Made by a program: the position numbers and the translations under genes. A DNA stretch of 64,000 nt, taken from contig OZ024741.1 of the NCBI GenBank assembly GCA_964016885.1, positions 90,334,001 through 90,398,000 on the forward strand. The letters run 5' to 3'. The DNA is from Eledone cirrhosa. Lineage: Eukaryota. Of this stretch, positions 49,417 to 64,000 are shown piece by piece. The notes under the pieces were generated by a model. That model was not told the DNA's origin. It did not search any database and was given only the letters and a program-made list of their open reading frames with translations. The first letter of the stretch is position 1. Each line of letters starts with the position of its first letter.

Positions 49417-49893
49417 TCAGGTCGCTCTTCGGTGCTACTGGTAACATGTAACCCTGTGCATGATCTGGTCGTCGGCGACTAAACCGGCAACCCCACCAAG
49501 CTTCCTTTTGACACCTTGCATGATGAAAAACAAAACCCGTCAAAGGGAAGAAGAATCAACGGTCATACAATAAAGAATTTTTTTTTCTTTCTTTTTCTGT
49601 GAAGCGAGATACTCCTAGACATCTCTCTAGGAGAAGGTCACTCTGATATAAAACCTGTAAATTCGTTTGCATGCAATGATGTAGACCAGTTCTACTTTTT
49701 GGGTAAATGCATTCGATGTTGCGAGAGTGGGATTGACCCGTGCAAAGCCTTTCCTCACTTAAAATAGTTTCAAGTATAGGCATCACTTGATATGTGACAT
49801 GTTTTTGCGATGCATGGTATTACTGGCCATAGGAAGCCACGCCATGCTTAAGTATCAAGCGATGGCATTACTCGAAATCGAGTTGCAGCCATC
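49417..49893 (+). mobile_element. Second, shorter copy of the 28135-family non-autonomous retroelement
   Basis: Same head and 3' hairpin; TATG repeats on both sides. Confidence 0.65.
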
Positions 49894-50279
49894 GTGTATG
49901 TATGTTTGTTTGCGTGTATTTACTAAACTAAAAACTGTGAAACAAGAAATATCAAATTGTTATTATTTTGGCTAACTTCAATAATTACTGCTTCGTTACA
50001 GGAGTTGAAAGTAAGTTGTTAACCATGTGGTTAAAATTGGTTGTCGTTGGTGTGGTGGCCTTCATTATTTACCAGATGAATGACGTATTTGATCTCAGTA
50101 AGTGATATTTTAATTTAATAATTGTTTCTACTTTTGGCACAAGGCCATCAATTACCCAGTACATTACTGGTACTTTATATATTCTTTTGAATTTTGGTCT
50201 TGTTTAAAAAAATATGTGTACACTTAGGCGATGACATGTGTACATGTACATTATATTCATATATATTATACATACTCCA

Positions 50280-50432
<153 letters not shown>

Positions 50433-50521
50433 TTAAGGAACGCTTGACTTTCGTCAAATCGGACCGACGAAACAATGTTTCCGTTGGTCTTTCCAATTGC
50501 TAATACTATCTATCGGTCGCA

Positions 50522-50646
50522 ACTCCAGATAGAAGGAGCAACGTGAAATAAAATGTCTTGCTCAAGGACATAATGCATCGCCCGGTCGAATAATCGAACT
50601 TACAACCTCACGATTGCGAATCCAATTCTCTAACCACTCAGCCACA
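50522..50646 (-). mobile_element. tRNA-derived SINE of a different family (V/CORE-like core)
   Basis: GTGGCTGAGTGG A-box, AGTTCGATT B-box-like motif, core TGTCCTTGAGCAAGACA...TTGCTCC. Confidence 0.65.
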
Positions 50647-50676
50647 CGTATATGTGTGCGTGCGTGTGTGTGTGTG

Positions 50677-50742
<66 letters not shown>

Positions 50743-50744
<2 letters not shown>

Positions 50745-51626
50745 GTTAAAAAAAGAAGAGTAACATGGTTGGCTGTACAATAAGGGCTTTATTTAAAGTA
50801 CTGACAATTGTTTCGTTTATCAGGTGTGTATAGAGTTCGCTAATCACTTGAGGTTGCGTCAATCGATCTCCAATACATTGTTTACCACTGGTCAACACAT
50901 CAGAGTATGTAGATATGAAAATAATTCACTCGAGGCAAGACTTATATATAAAAACAGCGTAAAACCAAAACAATAACATCAATAATAAAATAGCGTATAA
51001 TTAAAACAATAACATCAATAATAAAACATGTATGGTAAATCGATTTAGAAGTTACAGATGTAAAAAGTAAAAAGTAAAATATAAGATAGGGTACATTTTC
51101 TTTTAGCGGACCCGCTACACGTATATATCTACATCTCAAATCTGGTTTCTCATGTTAGCACCAACGAATCCTTATAAGAACACTTACTAAAAAACTATTA
51201 ATATCTACTTGCACTCTCTCACTTATTTCTTTCTTTATATATTCCATTTCCTCATTTTCTTATTATTTTTTAATGTACCCTATCTTATATTTTACTTTTT
51301 ACTTTTTACATCTGTAACTTCTAAATCGATTTACCATACATGTTTTATTATTGATGTTATTGTTTTAATTATACGCTATTTTATTATTGATGTTATTGTT
51401 TTGGTTTTACGCTGTTTTTCTATATAAGTCTTGCCTCGAGTGAATTATTTTCATATCTACATACTCTGATGTGTTGACCAGTGGTAAACAATGTATTGGA
51501 GATCGATTGAAGCAACCTCAAGCGATTAGCAAACTCTAGACACACCAGATCAACGAAACAATTGTCAGTACTTTAAATAAAGCCCTTATTGTACAGCCAA
51601 ACATGTTACTCTCCTTTCTTTAACTA
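50743..51626. repeat. Inverted repeat with arms of about 355 bp and a spacer of about 170 bp (inverted PLE pseudo-LTR-like pair)
   Basis: 50743-51097 is the reverse complement of about 51270-51626 with few mismatches; each arm contains a hammerhead-like motif. Confidence 0.9.
51462..51570 (+). ncRNA. Hammerhead-like motif with a large loop-2 insertion and a variant core
   Basis: UACU-CUGAUGU-GUUGA[about 72 nt]UCAAC-GAAAC AAUU GUC|AGUA; A9 is replaced by U in both arms of the inverted repeat. Confidence 0.55.
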
Positions 51627-51784
51627 TTATTACTCCAAGTATAACCTGCATAGAAATTACCGCAATCTTGCTGCATAACTATGGAAACATCTTGTTGAGT
51701 CAAACAAAGCCGTACGTTAAAACTATCCACGTCGCGGAGTACTCATAACCTCTAACTGGATTACCTATAACGATAACTTGTTAT

Positions 51785-51836
<52 letters not shown>

Positions 51837-51964
51837 TTATTCCGGGTTGAATCGGATGTAACCACAGTAAGTAAGGTACTCAATACATAGCAGAGTAGAA
51901 ATGTTTTAATATAGAAGAGCTTCTACAGGACTAGAACTGTTTCATTCGTGAGAAATTATCAGGA

Positions 51965-52098
<134 letters not shown>

Positions 52099-52431
52099 AA
52101 AGATGAAGTTGGAAATAGCACGGGGGATGTTTTTCTTTTTTGTTTCGTCAAAGTGACATTATTGAAAAGATAATATTATTAAAAAATGAGAGGGACAATT
52201 CTTCTTTGTTTAATTTTTTTATGTTGTATATAAAGTATATGAAGAATTACCGGTTTCGATGTGTTATTAAAATCCATCTTATCAAATGTTGAGTGTAAAA
52301 AATTAAAAAGAGTTGATAGGAGTTAAAAACGAAGGGTTTAAAATTAAAATCAAAATCAAATGTTTGAATAAATTTTCTCCCATCCTGCTGAAAGGTTGGG
52401 TGGAATGAGAACTTTACTTGTTTATCCTCCC

Positions 52432-52482
<51 letters not shown>

Positions 52483-52915
52483 AACATGGGGAGAAGAATA
52501 CTGCATGGTTGAACATGGATTACATATTATAATTTATAATATTATAAAATTAGTCCCTCATCAGTGATTTGCCAACGATCATTGGTATTTCATCGCATTA
52601 AAAGTCATATACCTCAGGTTGGTGCGAGCAATAACTAAAATAAGCTATTGGGACAAGTGAAACGCGTAAAGCGAGTGAGACAAGTAAACAACATAGAAGG
52701 AAAAGCTAACCGAAGATGGGAAGAAAAACAAGCAACATGGTTATCCGATCAGCATAAGCTGGGTGAATTTCATGAGCGCTCAGCAAACAGACCTTTCACT
52801 GTGAATGGGATGTGAGAAAGAAAGAATCCGACTCCTAGGAAGTGAGAAGGGGAGAAACAGAGAGTGAGTGAGTGGAAGTGCGAGGAAGAGGTCAGTCGAG
52901 AGAAAGTGTTAACTG

Positions 52916-54178
<1,263 letters not shown>

Positions 54179-54180
<2 letters not shown>

Positions 54181-55042
54181 TGAAAGACGTAAATAAGAAA
54201 GTTATGAAAATTGACTTACTTACTAAAATTTCACTCCAACTAATTAGTTTCTGTAAGGGGATAAATACAGTTATGTAATACCTGTAGAGAAGCCTTACGT
54301 CATCAGAGAGTTTATTCTCATTTAAGCCACTAGGCAATGCGGGGACACTGGAAGCTTATATAACAATAATTCAGTGGATGGAAAAAAGCGAAAAAATCGA
54401 GCGGGGCTAGATTCTAAGCACTGAAAAATTCGCTGCCTTCTTGGTCAAGTGGCAAATTCAAAAGAATTAATCACGTGACACTGAGGTTAACCAGCTTGGA
54501 GTGGGGGTGCTATTAAGACAGAGCCTAGCCACTACTATCAGTCACAGTAGTAATTTGGCAAATTTTGCTCAACAAATAATTTGGAGAAGAATATAAACAA
54601 TTAATATATCTACCGACATATGTATACAGATGCATACCTACGCTAGCAGATATATATGTTTTGTCTTAGTAACTTTGTAGTTCTATGCAGGGGAATGCAG
54701 AACAATTATATGAAAGACGTAAATAAGAAAGTTATGAAAATTGACTTACTAAAATTGTCCAGTGTCCCCGCATTGCCTGGTGGCTTAGCTGAGAATAGAA
54801 TCCCTGATGACGTAAGGCTTCTCTACAGGTATTACAAAACTGTATTTATCCCCTTACAGAAACTAATTAGTTGGAGTGAAATTTTAGTAAGTAAGTCAAT
54901 TTTCATAACTTTCTTATTTACGTCTTTCATATAATTGTTCTGCATTCCCCTGCATAGAACTACAAAGTTACTAAGACAAAACATATATATCTGCTAGCGT
55001 AGGTATGCATCTGTATACATATGTCGGTAGATATATTAATTC
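54179..55042. repeat. Complex double inverted duplication inside (TA)n
   Basis: 54179-54352 is the reverse complement of about 54759-54930; about 54596-54752 is the reverse complement of about 54888-55040. Confidence 0.85.
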
Positions 55043-55111
55043 TTTATATATATATATATACATATATATATACATATATATATACATATATATATACATA
55101 TATATATATAC

Positions 55112-55212
<101 letters not shown>

Positions 55213-55275
55213 CATATATATATACATATATATATACATATATATATATACATATATATATACATATATATATAC

Positions 55276-55388
<113 letters not shown>

Positions 55389-55765
55389 TATGTATATATA
55401 TATATATATATATATATGCGTATGTATATATATATATATATGTGTGTATGTATATATATATGTATATATATACAAATTTTAGTACAGCATTAATGAAGCT
55501 TTAGTTTGCGGCCAAGCTAACGAATGCAAATTCGGTCTGTAGCTTTAGCACTCGGATGGGGATAGTACCCCAGAGTAATAACAATACGTTTAGACAGCTT
55601 AGCAAATCAAATATAGCGATCGGCAGTCCAGCCGCATTACCACAGCAACGAAAATACAGGACTTAGGAAAAGATTGTAATATATATATGTGTGCGAGTGT
55701 GTATACATTCATATATATATATATATATATAAATAGACAAAGAAACCTTCAATACATCAAAAGTC

Positions 55766-55820
55766 TTTATTAGCCTACAATGTTTCGTCCCATTAATCAG
55801 GACTCATCAGGGCAAGTAAA
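55766..55820 (-). ncRNA. Minimal type I hammerhead ribozyme with a perfect core
   Basis: Minus strand reads UUUACUUGCC-CUGAUGA-GUCC ugauuaaug GGAC-GAAAC AUU GUA|GGCUAAUAAA. Confidence 0.8.
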
Positions 55821-56812
55821 CAGATAAGAAGCATTAACGGCCAGAAACTAGCCCAAACTCAGAAGAATAGGGAATACATATTCATGAAAGCTTATGAGAG
55901 ATATGAAGGAAAGAGTATGCAGTTACAAATATAGACTATAGGGCAATAAAGTGAGTAAAATGTCAAACCAACGTTGATATTACAGTATGAGACAAATACA
56001 TTACATACAACATGGTAATACAATGTGGGAATTACAATATGATATAGAATACAATAAAATGGGTAATAAGAAATATAAAGCTTAATATATGTATATATAT
56101 ATATATCCATATATATTCACACTTACACAAACACATACTAACACTTAATAAGTATAAATATACTCTCTACAATATAAAAACACCCTGACGGTGCGCATAA
56201 ACTATACAAAAAATAATAAACTATACAAAAAAATATAAATTAAACAAAAAATAATAGAATAATCTACTGACATCAAAAAATATATACAAAACTACATCAT
56301 ACATATCACTTAATGACAACAAATTGTACATAAAGGTTTTCACAGGGTAAGAAAAAATATCATAAAGCTGAAGTATGTTGAAAAAAAAAAATATATATAT
56401 ATATATACATAGAGTAATGATAATAAATATACAGATGTGTATGGAGTTTACATTCATAAAATATTACAAAATATTACAAAACAGTAATTTAAATATAACA
56501 AAATAGTACCTTAAATATCTGACTTATATCAATACGTATAATACAATTACATAGAAATAATATGATATATAAATGTTAATACTATAATAATAAATAATAT
56601 AATAATATAAAAGTATATAAATGCAGACAGACAGAGCCAATGGAAAATGTTTAAGAGATATTTACGCGATTGATATATTAATATAGGGAGGCATGTTATG
56701 ATGCAAAGCATAATTTTTCGGCTCTGTTGTATTACATTGAGCTATACCCTATACTGTCATTTCTATAATACGACGAGTGTGTTTTACTCAAAAGCACTCT
56801 AGTATTTTAACT

Positions 56813-56847
<35 letters not shown>

Positions 56848-57490
56848 ACACACTCGCACACATATACAGGTGTAGCCCCAAATACCTAAACTATTCTTCG
56901 ATAACATACAGAAAAAAATCCTCGCGCCACTTAGGTACTATAGAATAATAATAAACAAAAATACAGTTAAGCTTTCTTGTTCAACACTATTTAGTAACCA
57001 TAGGAAAATAAAACGATATATCAGTAACTGTAATACCGGTAAAGAAAGTGGTGAATTGGTACAGTCATTAGAACGTCGGATGAAATGCTTTGCGCTATTC
57101 GTTCCAGCTCTCTGAGCGCAATGAGTTCAAATAGATAATGTATCAGTCCAGTATTAGGGTCGCTATCACTTTCTCACTACCTCTCCATCCCTCTCTTTTT
57201 CTTTGGAAAGAAATCAGCTGTGTTCAGAACTGGAGAGAGATTAATCCAGGTTTAAAATTCTCAATATAGGCCATGTATCATTACAGTGCCTCTAAAGGCA
57301 CATCATATTTACGGGTCCATACATAATATCGGTAAAATAACACAGCTCAGCTAAAGTAGAAAAAATTGCGAAATAAAGAGGTGTGAACACAAACAAGGTA
57401 ATTGATGAAGCGCATAGCATTCCCACCAGATCATGCCAGCAAGATAGCCTGTACCACAAAATAGAACAACATGTCATCATAGGAATCTAT

Positions 57491-59538
57491 GGATGGCAGC
57501 TAAATATACCACAGTACAGCCACTAGATGACAGCTAAATATACCACAGTACAGTCACTAGATGACAGCTAAATATACCACAGTACAGTCACTAGATGACA
57601 GCTAAATATACCACAGTGACCAGTACAGTCACTAGATGACAGCTAAATACACCACAGTGACCAGTACAGTCACTAGATAACAGCTAAATATACCACAGTA
57701 GAGTCACTAGATGACAGCTAAATACACCACAGTGACCAGTACAGTCACTAGATAACAGCTAAATATACCACAGGAGAGTCACTAGATGACAGCTAAATAT
57801 ACCACAGTACAGCCACTAGATGACAGCTAAATATACCACAGTACAGCCACTAGATGACAGCTAAATATACCACAGTACAGCCACTAGATGACAGCTAAAT
57901 ATACCACAGTACAGCCACTAGATGACAGCTAAATATACCACAGTGCAGTCACTAGATAACAGCTAAATATACCGCAGTACAGTCACTAGATGACAGCTAA
58001 ATATACCACAGTACAGTCAGTAGATGACAGCTAAATATACCACAGTACAGCCACTAGATGACAGCTAAATATACCACAGTACAGTCACTAGATGACAGCT
58101 AAATATACCACAGTACAGTCACTAGATGACAGCTAAATATACCACAGTACAGTCACTAGATAACAGCTAAATATAGCACAGGACAGTAACTAGATAACAG
58201 CTAAATATACCACAGTACAGTCACTAGATAACAGCTAAATATACCACAGTACAGTCACTAGATGACAGCTAAATATACCACAGTACAGTCACCAGATAAC
58301 AGCTAAATATACCACAGTACAGTCACTAGATGACAGCTAAATATACCACAGTACAGTCACTAGATAACAGCTAAATATACCACAGTACAGTCACCAGATA
58401 ACAGCTAAATATACCACAGTACAGTCACTAGATGACAGCTAAATATACCACAGTACAGTCACTAGATAACAGCTAAATATACCACAGTACAGTCACTAGA
58501 TGACAGCTAAATATACCACAGTACAGTCACTAGATGACAGCTAAATATACCACGGTACAGTCACTAGATGACAGCTAAATATAGCACAGGACAGTAACTA
58601 GATAACAGCTAAATATACCACAGTACAGTCACCAGATAACAGCTAAATATACCACAGTACAGTCACTAGATGACAGCTAAATATACCACAGTACAGTCAC
58701 TAGATAACAGCTAAATATAGCACAGGACAGTAACTAGATAACAGCTAAATATACCACAGTACAGTCACTAGATGACAGCTAAATATACCACAGTACAGTC
58801 ACTAGATGACAGCTAAATATACCACAGTACAGCCACTAGATGACAAGTAAACATACCACAGTACAGCCACTAGATGACAGCTAAATATACCACAGTACAG
58901 TCACTAGATAACAGATAAATATACCACAGTACAGCCACTAGATGACAGCTAAATATACCACAGTACAGCCACTAGATGACAGCTAAATATACCACAGTAC
59001 AGTCACTAGATGACAGCTAAATATACCACGGTACAGTCAGTAGATAACAGCTAAATATACCACAGTACAGTCAGTAGATAACAGCTAAATATACCACAGT
59101 ACAGTCACTAGATGACAGCTAAATATAGCACAGGACAGTAACTAGATAACAGCTAAATATACCACAGTACAGTCACCAGATAACAGCTAAATATACCACA
59201 GTACAGTCACTAGATGACAGCTAAATATACCACGGTACAGTCACTAGATGACAGCTAAATATAGCACAGGACAGTAACTAGATAACAGCTAAATATACCA
59301 CAGTACAGTCACCAGATAACAGCTAAATATACCACAGTACAGTCACTAGATGACAGCTAAATATACCACGGCACAGTCAGTAGATAACAGCTAAATATAC
59401 CACAGTACAGTCAGTAGATAACAGCTAAATATACCACAGTACAGTCAGTAGATAACAGCTAAATATACCACAGTACAGTCACTAGATGACAGCTAAATAT
59501 ACCACAGTACAGTCACTAGATGACAGCTAAATATACCA
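57491..59538. repeat. 34-bp minisatellite (about 60 units)
   Basis: Unit GATGACAGCTAAATATACCACAGTACAGTCACTA; three early units carry a 7-bp duplication. Confidence 0.97.
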
Positions 59539-60344
59539 TGGGATGCATTTCGTCATATGTCCGCCAAATCTGTTAATGTACCGATCTTTGAGAAAAGTGT
59601 ATAGTCAGTTGATGTCAAAAGCATAGATCATAGACTACGGACCACTATTGGCACTTAATTCAAGTTTGTTGATCCAATATATAAATAGAAAGAACCACTA
59701 AACAATGAAGTTAAGTGTATTCATTCCACTTAATAAAACCACATTGAAAACAATGTGGTTTTCAATGCAGTTATGACATAGACAGACAAACAAACAGACA
59801 CCGAATGGCAAGGATGGGTGGACTGTAATATTCATTTCATATAATGGTTTATAATTTTGGAATAAAGCCAGCAATTTGTGATGGAGGTGAGTTGGTGTTA
59901 AGGTATGGAAGTCGATGAAATTGAGCCCATTACTTGACTATTAATTTATTTTAAATATCTCGGCATAATTAAAGCAAAGTTGATCTCGGTGGGATTTGAA
60001 CACAAAATGCAAAGAACTAAGATAATCAACTAACTAGATTTTGTGTGAGTATGTGTGTGTATGTGTGCGTGTTTGTTTGTGTGTGTGTGCTTGTGTGCGT
60101 GTATGTATGTGTGTATGTGTGTGTGTGTGTGTGAGTTTGTGTGTGTGTGTGCGTGCGTGTGTTTGCGTGTATGCGTTTTTGTGTGTGTGTATAATTGTTG
60201 TTACTACTTTTGGAACAAGGCCAACCATTTTTGGGGAGGGGAAGCCAATCAAATCGACCCCAGTGTGTTGCAGGTGCTCTCTTTTAACGACCTTGTTCGG
60301 ATGAAAGGCAAAATTTACTTCGGTGGAATTCAGAACGTAAGTTT

Positions 60345-63300
60345 ATGAGGGTTTGGCCAACGAGTAAAGTGTCTGTCCGGTCTTTTCAGCTGCGTCCACT
60401 ACACAGAATATTTCGCTATAGCCACCAGACAGAGGAACACTACCTACCTTTCCTAGCCAAAAAAGTCGATCTTCATGATGGAGTCGGTTGATAGTCGGAC
60501 TCGTCCCGCACGCGATGATAGCTGTTTGAAAAAAACTCCTCAAGTCCGTATGACAGTATTTCTGTGCCCGAAGATTCCCCGCTAGTACTACCAGGCCAGA
60601 GATTTCTAGAAATTGTTGAACATTCTGCAGAGCAGACCGGTTAGTTTTTCCAAAAACGTCTCGCACTTGCCGACCTTTATAAAACGCTAGACTGGAATTT
60701 CCACTACCCGACTGGTAGAGGGCTGTTAGCGCCTGACAACACACTAGAAGCCAGGCGCCGAGTCTCAGCCATCGCTTGATCCACGACTGCAGCTCAGTCA
60801 AAGAGAAAAACGGCAATCACACATGTTCGCCGTTTAGGAATATCTGGAGATTCTGTAACCTCAGCTCATATTTGCGCATCATCACCCATGACATATCTAG
60901 CCCTCCGCATACACGGTGTTGCCGGCAAATGGACCACCTCACCAGTGGAGCCAGTCCATTCCACAACATTTTGAAGTGCAGGCGCTCCAATTTGCTAAGT
61001 GGTGTTACACTTTTGCTAAAAGCTACTGAGACTACTCTATTTTCTCTATGGAGAGTACCACACCACCTGTTGTTGATGACTGCCCCCTCAACCGATGCTT
61101 AAGTAATGTGCTAATCCAGTCACTCTAGGCATTACATACCGGGAATGACACGTTAAGCTTCCAGCAACCGGGTCCTTGTCTGAGTTCTATCAAGGTGGAG
61201 CATGCAGATCACGAATTTGACGTCTGAATAGATGAACGTTTAAAATTGTGGACCCCTATATTATCCTTATCTGCTAAACTAATCGAAACCTACCTAAATA
61301 CGATTTAGAAGACCTTTTGCGATTGGTCCATGTTCACACTGGTGCATTCGTGAAATTAGGTGGTACCTGCCAGACAGTTGGAACCTCCAGATCAGGTTTT
61401 CTTTTAGCCATTTGCACCCCTACTTCTATCAGGTACACCCACACAATCCCAGCGTGCATCTAAGATGTCGTTTCAGTCCCTCGCTAACAATAAAGGGCGA
61501 GACGTTTCTAAACGCTTCTAAAGAAGTCCGGCCGTCCATCCCCAGTCGGGTCTTAGGCGGCCACCAGTTTAAAAACACCACCTTCACTATTCGTCCGTAA
61601 CTCGACATCCAAGTGTTTCATAAACAGCACTGCCACATTCAAGACAGACTAAGAGATGCGTAGATCTCAAAGTCGTCAAAAAGGGGAGCTAGAACACGCG
61701 TGTCGGAAATCCTTATGAAGCTGACAGCTGTTACATCCTAAGGTCATTGAGCAAACGAATTGCTTCCACGACAACTCCAGGCAACCTACATTTATATACC
61801 TTACTCTTAGAATTGCCATGTTGACTGGTTAGAGTTCAGAGAAAAAAAAGAGCGGTCTGCTTACCCTTCAATTGCTGTTGGTGATCGTGGGGGTTTGACA
61901 TCCATAACTGGTGAGATTTCCTTTGGGAACCCCTTTAAAAGCCTACACATGACTTTTACATCTATAGTTCTCACGTCGTTGGGGAAGCTTTCCCTAATGA
62001 TTTTGTGGGTCCCTAGCTACATTTGCATCACTATTAGTGTTTCTGGCACCTTAAAAGTGCTGGAGCCGAAAATCTTCCCCTCTCTCTCAATATGTTTACT
62101 TCGTATTATGAAGGCCATGAGTTCTTCATTGGTCCTTCTCACTAGCGCGAAGTTTGGTTGTTGTATGTATTTTCATTTTGTGGGTAGTATTGGTGGTTGT
62201 GTTGGCGGTTGTGGCGTTGGTGAGGTTGGTGTTGTGGTAGCTGTGTTTGTATATGTTGTAGGAAGTGGTTTCGGTGTTTTTGGAGTGTGTTGGAATGGGG
62301 CAAGGTGTTTTTTATGTTTCATTTTTTAATTCTTGGGCTTTTGGAGTCATCCCTCTTCGTTGCGAGATGAGGAGCTTTCTGTATCTGAGTCTGTGGTGTG
62401 AGTGTATGAGTGAGTATGTGTGTGTTTGCAAGAGGATGAGAGGAGAGCTATACTGGGAGTCCCCCAGGATGATTTTTATGATTATTGCTGCTGCTGCTGT
62501 TGTAGTTGGTAGTGATTCTTTCACTGCTTAGGTAGTGTTGTTGGATTTGCTGGTGCTGCTGTTGCTGCAGATGGTGATGTTCTTGGTCTTGCTGATGCTG
62601 GTGCTGATGTAGCTAGTGCTACCGGTGTTGGTGGAGTTGTTGGGCTCCTGGTGTAGTCAGCAATGGGGCTCGGTTGTTCGTTCCCGTCTTTCGTTGAAGG
62701 CAAAAAGCTCTCATGTGGTCATTTCGACTTATGGATGGCAACGAGGCTTTTGGCCCTCAACCACAACATACAATCCATCCCTCCTGGAAGGTGAATGAAG
62801 TGTGGGATCTTGTCTATTTTGTCCAGTTTTATAGAGAGAAGCACCTCCAAACTGATCCCAGAACTGATCTCTACGTCTTTACTTCTAGGACTACGCTTGC
62901 CAAAATCCACCAGATATTCACCTCTAGTGGGATTCCAGAAATTCCCACCCTTACTGTTCTTCACCCTAAATATGAATGAAAAAGAACATAGCTGTCACTT
63001 TTATAAGGAACCACCGAGTGTTTTATGGTCATAGCTTCACTCTTAAAGAGAACTAAAACACCCACATAACGTCTGGCCTTTGAGATGTGTTCTATGTCGA
63101 ACATTGTCTTTCAGTGCCCTTTCGGTCTGTGTGGCTGGCTTCAGGTGCCTTGTCCTTGTGGAAATGGATTTAAACATTAAGGTTTTTCTTCCGTTGCTGC
63201 CAACACCCCTGGCAGTATGGCTATATCGGCCCATTCATTTTGTATTTTGATTAGTTTGGCTGGTTGGGTCGAATAAGTGTCTTCCTCAGAAATGTTCATG

Positions 63301-63770
63301 GCAAAACGTCCTGTTGCTTTTGCAGCTGTTGCTACAAATGTATTATTGTCAGTTTATTAATTTATAGTTTTTTTTTGTGCTGCTTTCGGTATTAAATTCG
63401 GGAATTCTGTCATATATTTTTCTCTTGCTAAGTTATTTTGGTACTGTAGTTACTTTTGTTATTGTTATTGCTGTTGCTGTCGTTCATTTTTGAACTTTGG
63501 CTATTCCATTTCGTTGACAATTTGCTGTTCAGTTTAGCGGAGGAAATTTTATCACCCACCATGTTTATTTGTGTTAAATGAGGGGCGTATTTGTAAAAAG
63601 AAAAACAAAACAGTTAGTTACGAAGGGCTACAGATATAAGGAAACCAGTCCCCTCTCCAAGAAGATGGTTGCTTTACTCACAAAATAATATACAATGTTT
63701 AGACAAAAATGCTTTAGAAAAGCGTTAACAAATAATGGACTTACTCAGCCGATGTGTAACACATCTCGAG
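60345..63770 (-). mobile_element. Old, internally deleted Tx1-like LINE (copy 4; RT core missing)
   Basis: Remnants SLTELQSWIK, QGPGCWKLN, ORF2 start MAILRV (ATG at 61819) and ORF1 fragments; the 5' end abuts (AAT/AAC)n. Confidence 0.75.
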
Positions 63771-64000
63771 AGACTCAATAACAACACAATAGCAACAACC
63801 ACAGCAATAACAATAATAATAATAATGATTTCATTTATTGGCCACAATGGCCGAACAATAATAATAATAATAATAACAACAAAAATACCTAATTACGAAT
63901 GATGGAGAGTTAATACAAATAGCTACAAAGTATGAACAAAGCAAAACAATATTTTCTGTCTTAAAAAATGCCAACAAGCAGAAAACAGAAGCTAAATTAA

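Noticed and set aside
57491-59538. CRISPR-like regular array
   Set aside because: The units are contiguous with no unique spacers, there are no cas genes, and the context is eukaryotic; it is a minisatellite.

Overview
Eukaryotic, AT-rich, microsatellite-dense animal DNA. A cephalopod or other mollusc is my inference from the (TTAGGG)n-type array and the SINE types; this is not proven. The only host coding sequence I can support is a terminal exon of an 11-beta-hydroxysteroid-dehydrogenase-like SDR gene (416-639). The rest is mostly nested transposons and simple repeats. (1) A Buster-type hAT element with matching TIRs and an 8-bp TSD spans 22.9 kb (10581-33498). It encloses a second hAT, two tandem full-length Tx1-like LINEs, a Penelope-like element (PLE) and a non-coding hammerhead-ribozyme repeat. 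(2) The Tx1-like LINEs sit repeatedly in (TATC)n tracts. They carry a 5'-UTR GTAAG splice-donor motif and a polypyrimidine/CAG acceptor just before the ORF2 ATG, so ORF1 may lie inside an intron. (3) About nine intact or decayed type I hammerhead motifs, most with palindromic stem III, come from several unrelated families. One belongs to a 470-nt head-to-tail, highly structured, ORF-less unit whose first copy starts at the predicted self-cleavage site, making it a candidate retrozyme/circRNA mobilised by PLEs. (4) Also present: many tRNA-head Meta-domain-like SINEs, mariner, RTE and CRE relics, a 2.8-kb degenerate interstitial telomere-like array, and 39-bp and 34-bp minisatellites. All calls were made by eye, without database searches or folding software.
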